Positions 62,959 to 64,000 of a DNA stretch of 64,000 nucleotides are shown piece by piece. Under the pieces are notes generated by a model, which was not told where the DNA came from, did not search any database, and saw nothing but the letters and a program-made list of their open reading frames with translations. Positions within the stretch are counted from its first letter, which is position 1, and every line of letters begins with the position of its first letter. The position numbers and the translations under genes are program-made. The DNA is from an uncultured Candidatus Saccharibacteria bacterium (GTDB lineage Bacteria > Patescibacteriota > Saccharimonadia > Saccharimonadales > SZUA-47): the NCBI GenBank assembly GCA_964419675.1, contig CAYQPN010000002.1:3073-67072 (forward strand). Direction: 5' to 3'.

Positions 62959-63660
62959 TCATTTTGCAAGAGATGATTGAATATTCTGCTCTGACAAATC
63001 TTCAACAGCTAAAGCATTCAAAATCCTGTAATCTCCAACTTCTGTTCTATTCAACGCGCTCATATAGGCTCCTGTTCCTAATTTATCGCCTATATCAACG
63101 GCTAGAGATCTAATGTACGTGCCGCTGCTAACTTTAGCCGTGAAGGTAATCTTAGGCCAGCCATAATTTATATCTCGAATTTCGTATATAGTAACCTGTT
63201 TTGGAGCCAGTTTTACCTCTTTGCCTTCCCTTGCTAACTGATATGCCCGCTTTCCGTTTATTTTTTTGGCGCTAAATGCCGGTGGCACCTGCTGAATCTC
63301 ACCCACAAATGATTTTAAGAGTTCCGTAACCAGGACTTTTTCTGGGACTATCAACTTTTGACCTTCGACATTTGACGTTATTACGCCTTCAGAATCCCCC
63401 GTGGTGCTAGTCTTCCCCAAAATTATTTCAACCTCATAACTCTTGTCATGCTTAATTAAAGCGGACATTTTTTTAGTGTATTTGCTGCCAACACAAAGCA
63501 CTAATAATCCAGTTGCAGCTGGGTCAAGCGTACCTGAATGTCCTACCTTGACTGACCTGGGCTTTTTATTTTCACTTTGGGCCACAATCTTTCGCACATA
63601 ATTAACCACGTCAAAACTCGTCCAACCTTTAGGTTTGTCTACTAGTAATATTCCCTCCAT
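62959..63660 (-). CDS. truB: tRNA pseudouridine(55) synthase
   Basis: 233-aa ORF GILLVDKPKGWTSFDVV...VGHSGTLDPAATGLL. Confidence 0.93.
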   Translation of the reverse strand: MEGILLVDKPKGWTSFDVVNYVRKIVAQSENKKPRSVKVGHSGTLDPAATGLLVLCVGSKYTKKMSALIKHDKSYEVEIILGKTSTTGDSEGVITSNVEGQKLIVPEKVLVTELLKSFVGEIQQVPPAFSAKKINGKRAYQLAREGKEVKLAPKQVTIYEIRDINYGWPKITFTAKVSSGTYIRSLAVDIGDKLGTGAYMSALNRTEVGDYRILNALAVEDLSEQNIQSSLAK

Positions 63661-63702
63661 AATTCCAATACTACACTAGATTAATTATCGGATAGGATAA
63701 AT

Positions 63703-64000
63703 CTATTTGGCTGGAGGATTAAGAAATGGATTTGCGGTCTTGCCATCTGCATCAAAAAACTGGGGCGTCATTGGTGGTGGGACCGGTGGTGGTGCTGTTT
63801 TATCGACTACTTGTGGTTGCTGTTGAGGTAGTTCTGGAGCCGATTTATTTAAATCAACCGTTTGAGCACCAATTGATTGTCTGGGTGTGGGATTTTGTGG
63901 CTCCTGTGCCTCAGTAGCTTGAGAAACTGCTTCTCTCAACGAACCTAGATGTTCTTCAACATCTGAATTATTCGAATCTACGGATAAATGTGGGCTGTCT
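63703..64000 (-). CDS. Hypothetical P/Q-rich protein, 5' end outside window
   Basis: The listed 78-aa ORF starts at TTG 63939, but the frame stays open to the window edge (…DSPHLSVDSNNSDVEEHLGSLREAV…), so the gene is probably partial. Confidence 0.5.
   Translation of the reverse strand, partial: DSPHLSVDSNNSDVEEHLGSLREAVSQATEAQEPQNPTPRQSIGAQTVDLNKSAPELPQQQPQVVDKTAPPPVPPPMTPQFFDADGKTANPFLNPPAK

Overview
Dense 64-kb chromosomal window, standard genetic code, moderate GC judged by eye, with most genes on the minus strand. The housekeeping core comprises gyrB-gyrA, comM, infC-rpmI-rplT, rnpB, thrS, tgt, nrdR, ndk, ychF, efp, rpsF-ssb-rpsR, ftsK, rnj, pnp-rpsO-truB and five tRNAs. There is also a complete 13-gene, secretin-less type IV pilus cluster (30250-41476). 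It is followed by a 979-aa secreted protein and two tandem paralogous P/T-rich membrane proteins. Fused small enzymes, low-complexity P/Q/T tails, the monoderm-style pilus and the lack of biosynthetic genes suggest a CPR/Patescibacteria genome, probably Saccharibacteria; this is inference only. No CRISPR array, rRNA, transposase or prophage was seen. The unexplained structure is mostly non-coding:
- A family of short elements with partial tRNA duplications lies beside tRNA-Val, tRNA-Asp and tRNA-Arg.
- Two homologous ~93-95-nt elements with compensatory changes lie in the efp/tlyA and ssb/rpsR spacers.
- A 1.1-kb ORF-free AT-rich gap carries iteron-like repeats and promoter/terminator-bracketed candidate small RNAs.
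- A perfect 36-bp palindrome lies between ndk and the only Xer-type recombinase.
- A 595-bp perfect tandem repeat homogenises the 5' halves of the two surface-protein paralogs.
infC is missing from the ORF track because it starts at ATA. All RNA and regulatory calls beyond the tRNAs and rnpB are hypotheses read by eye.
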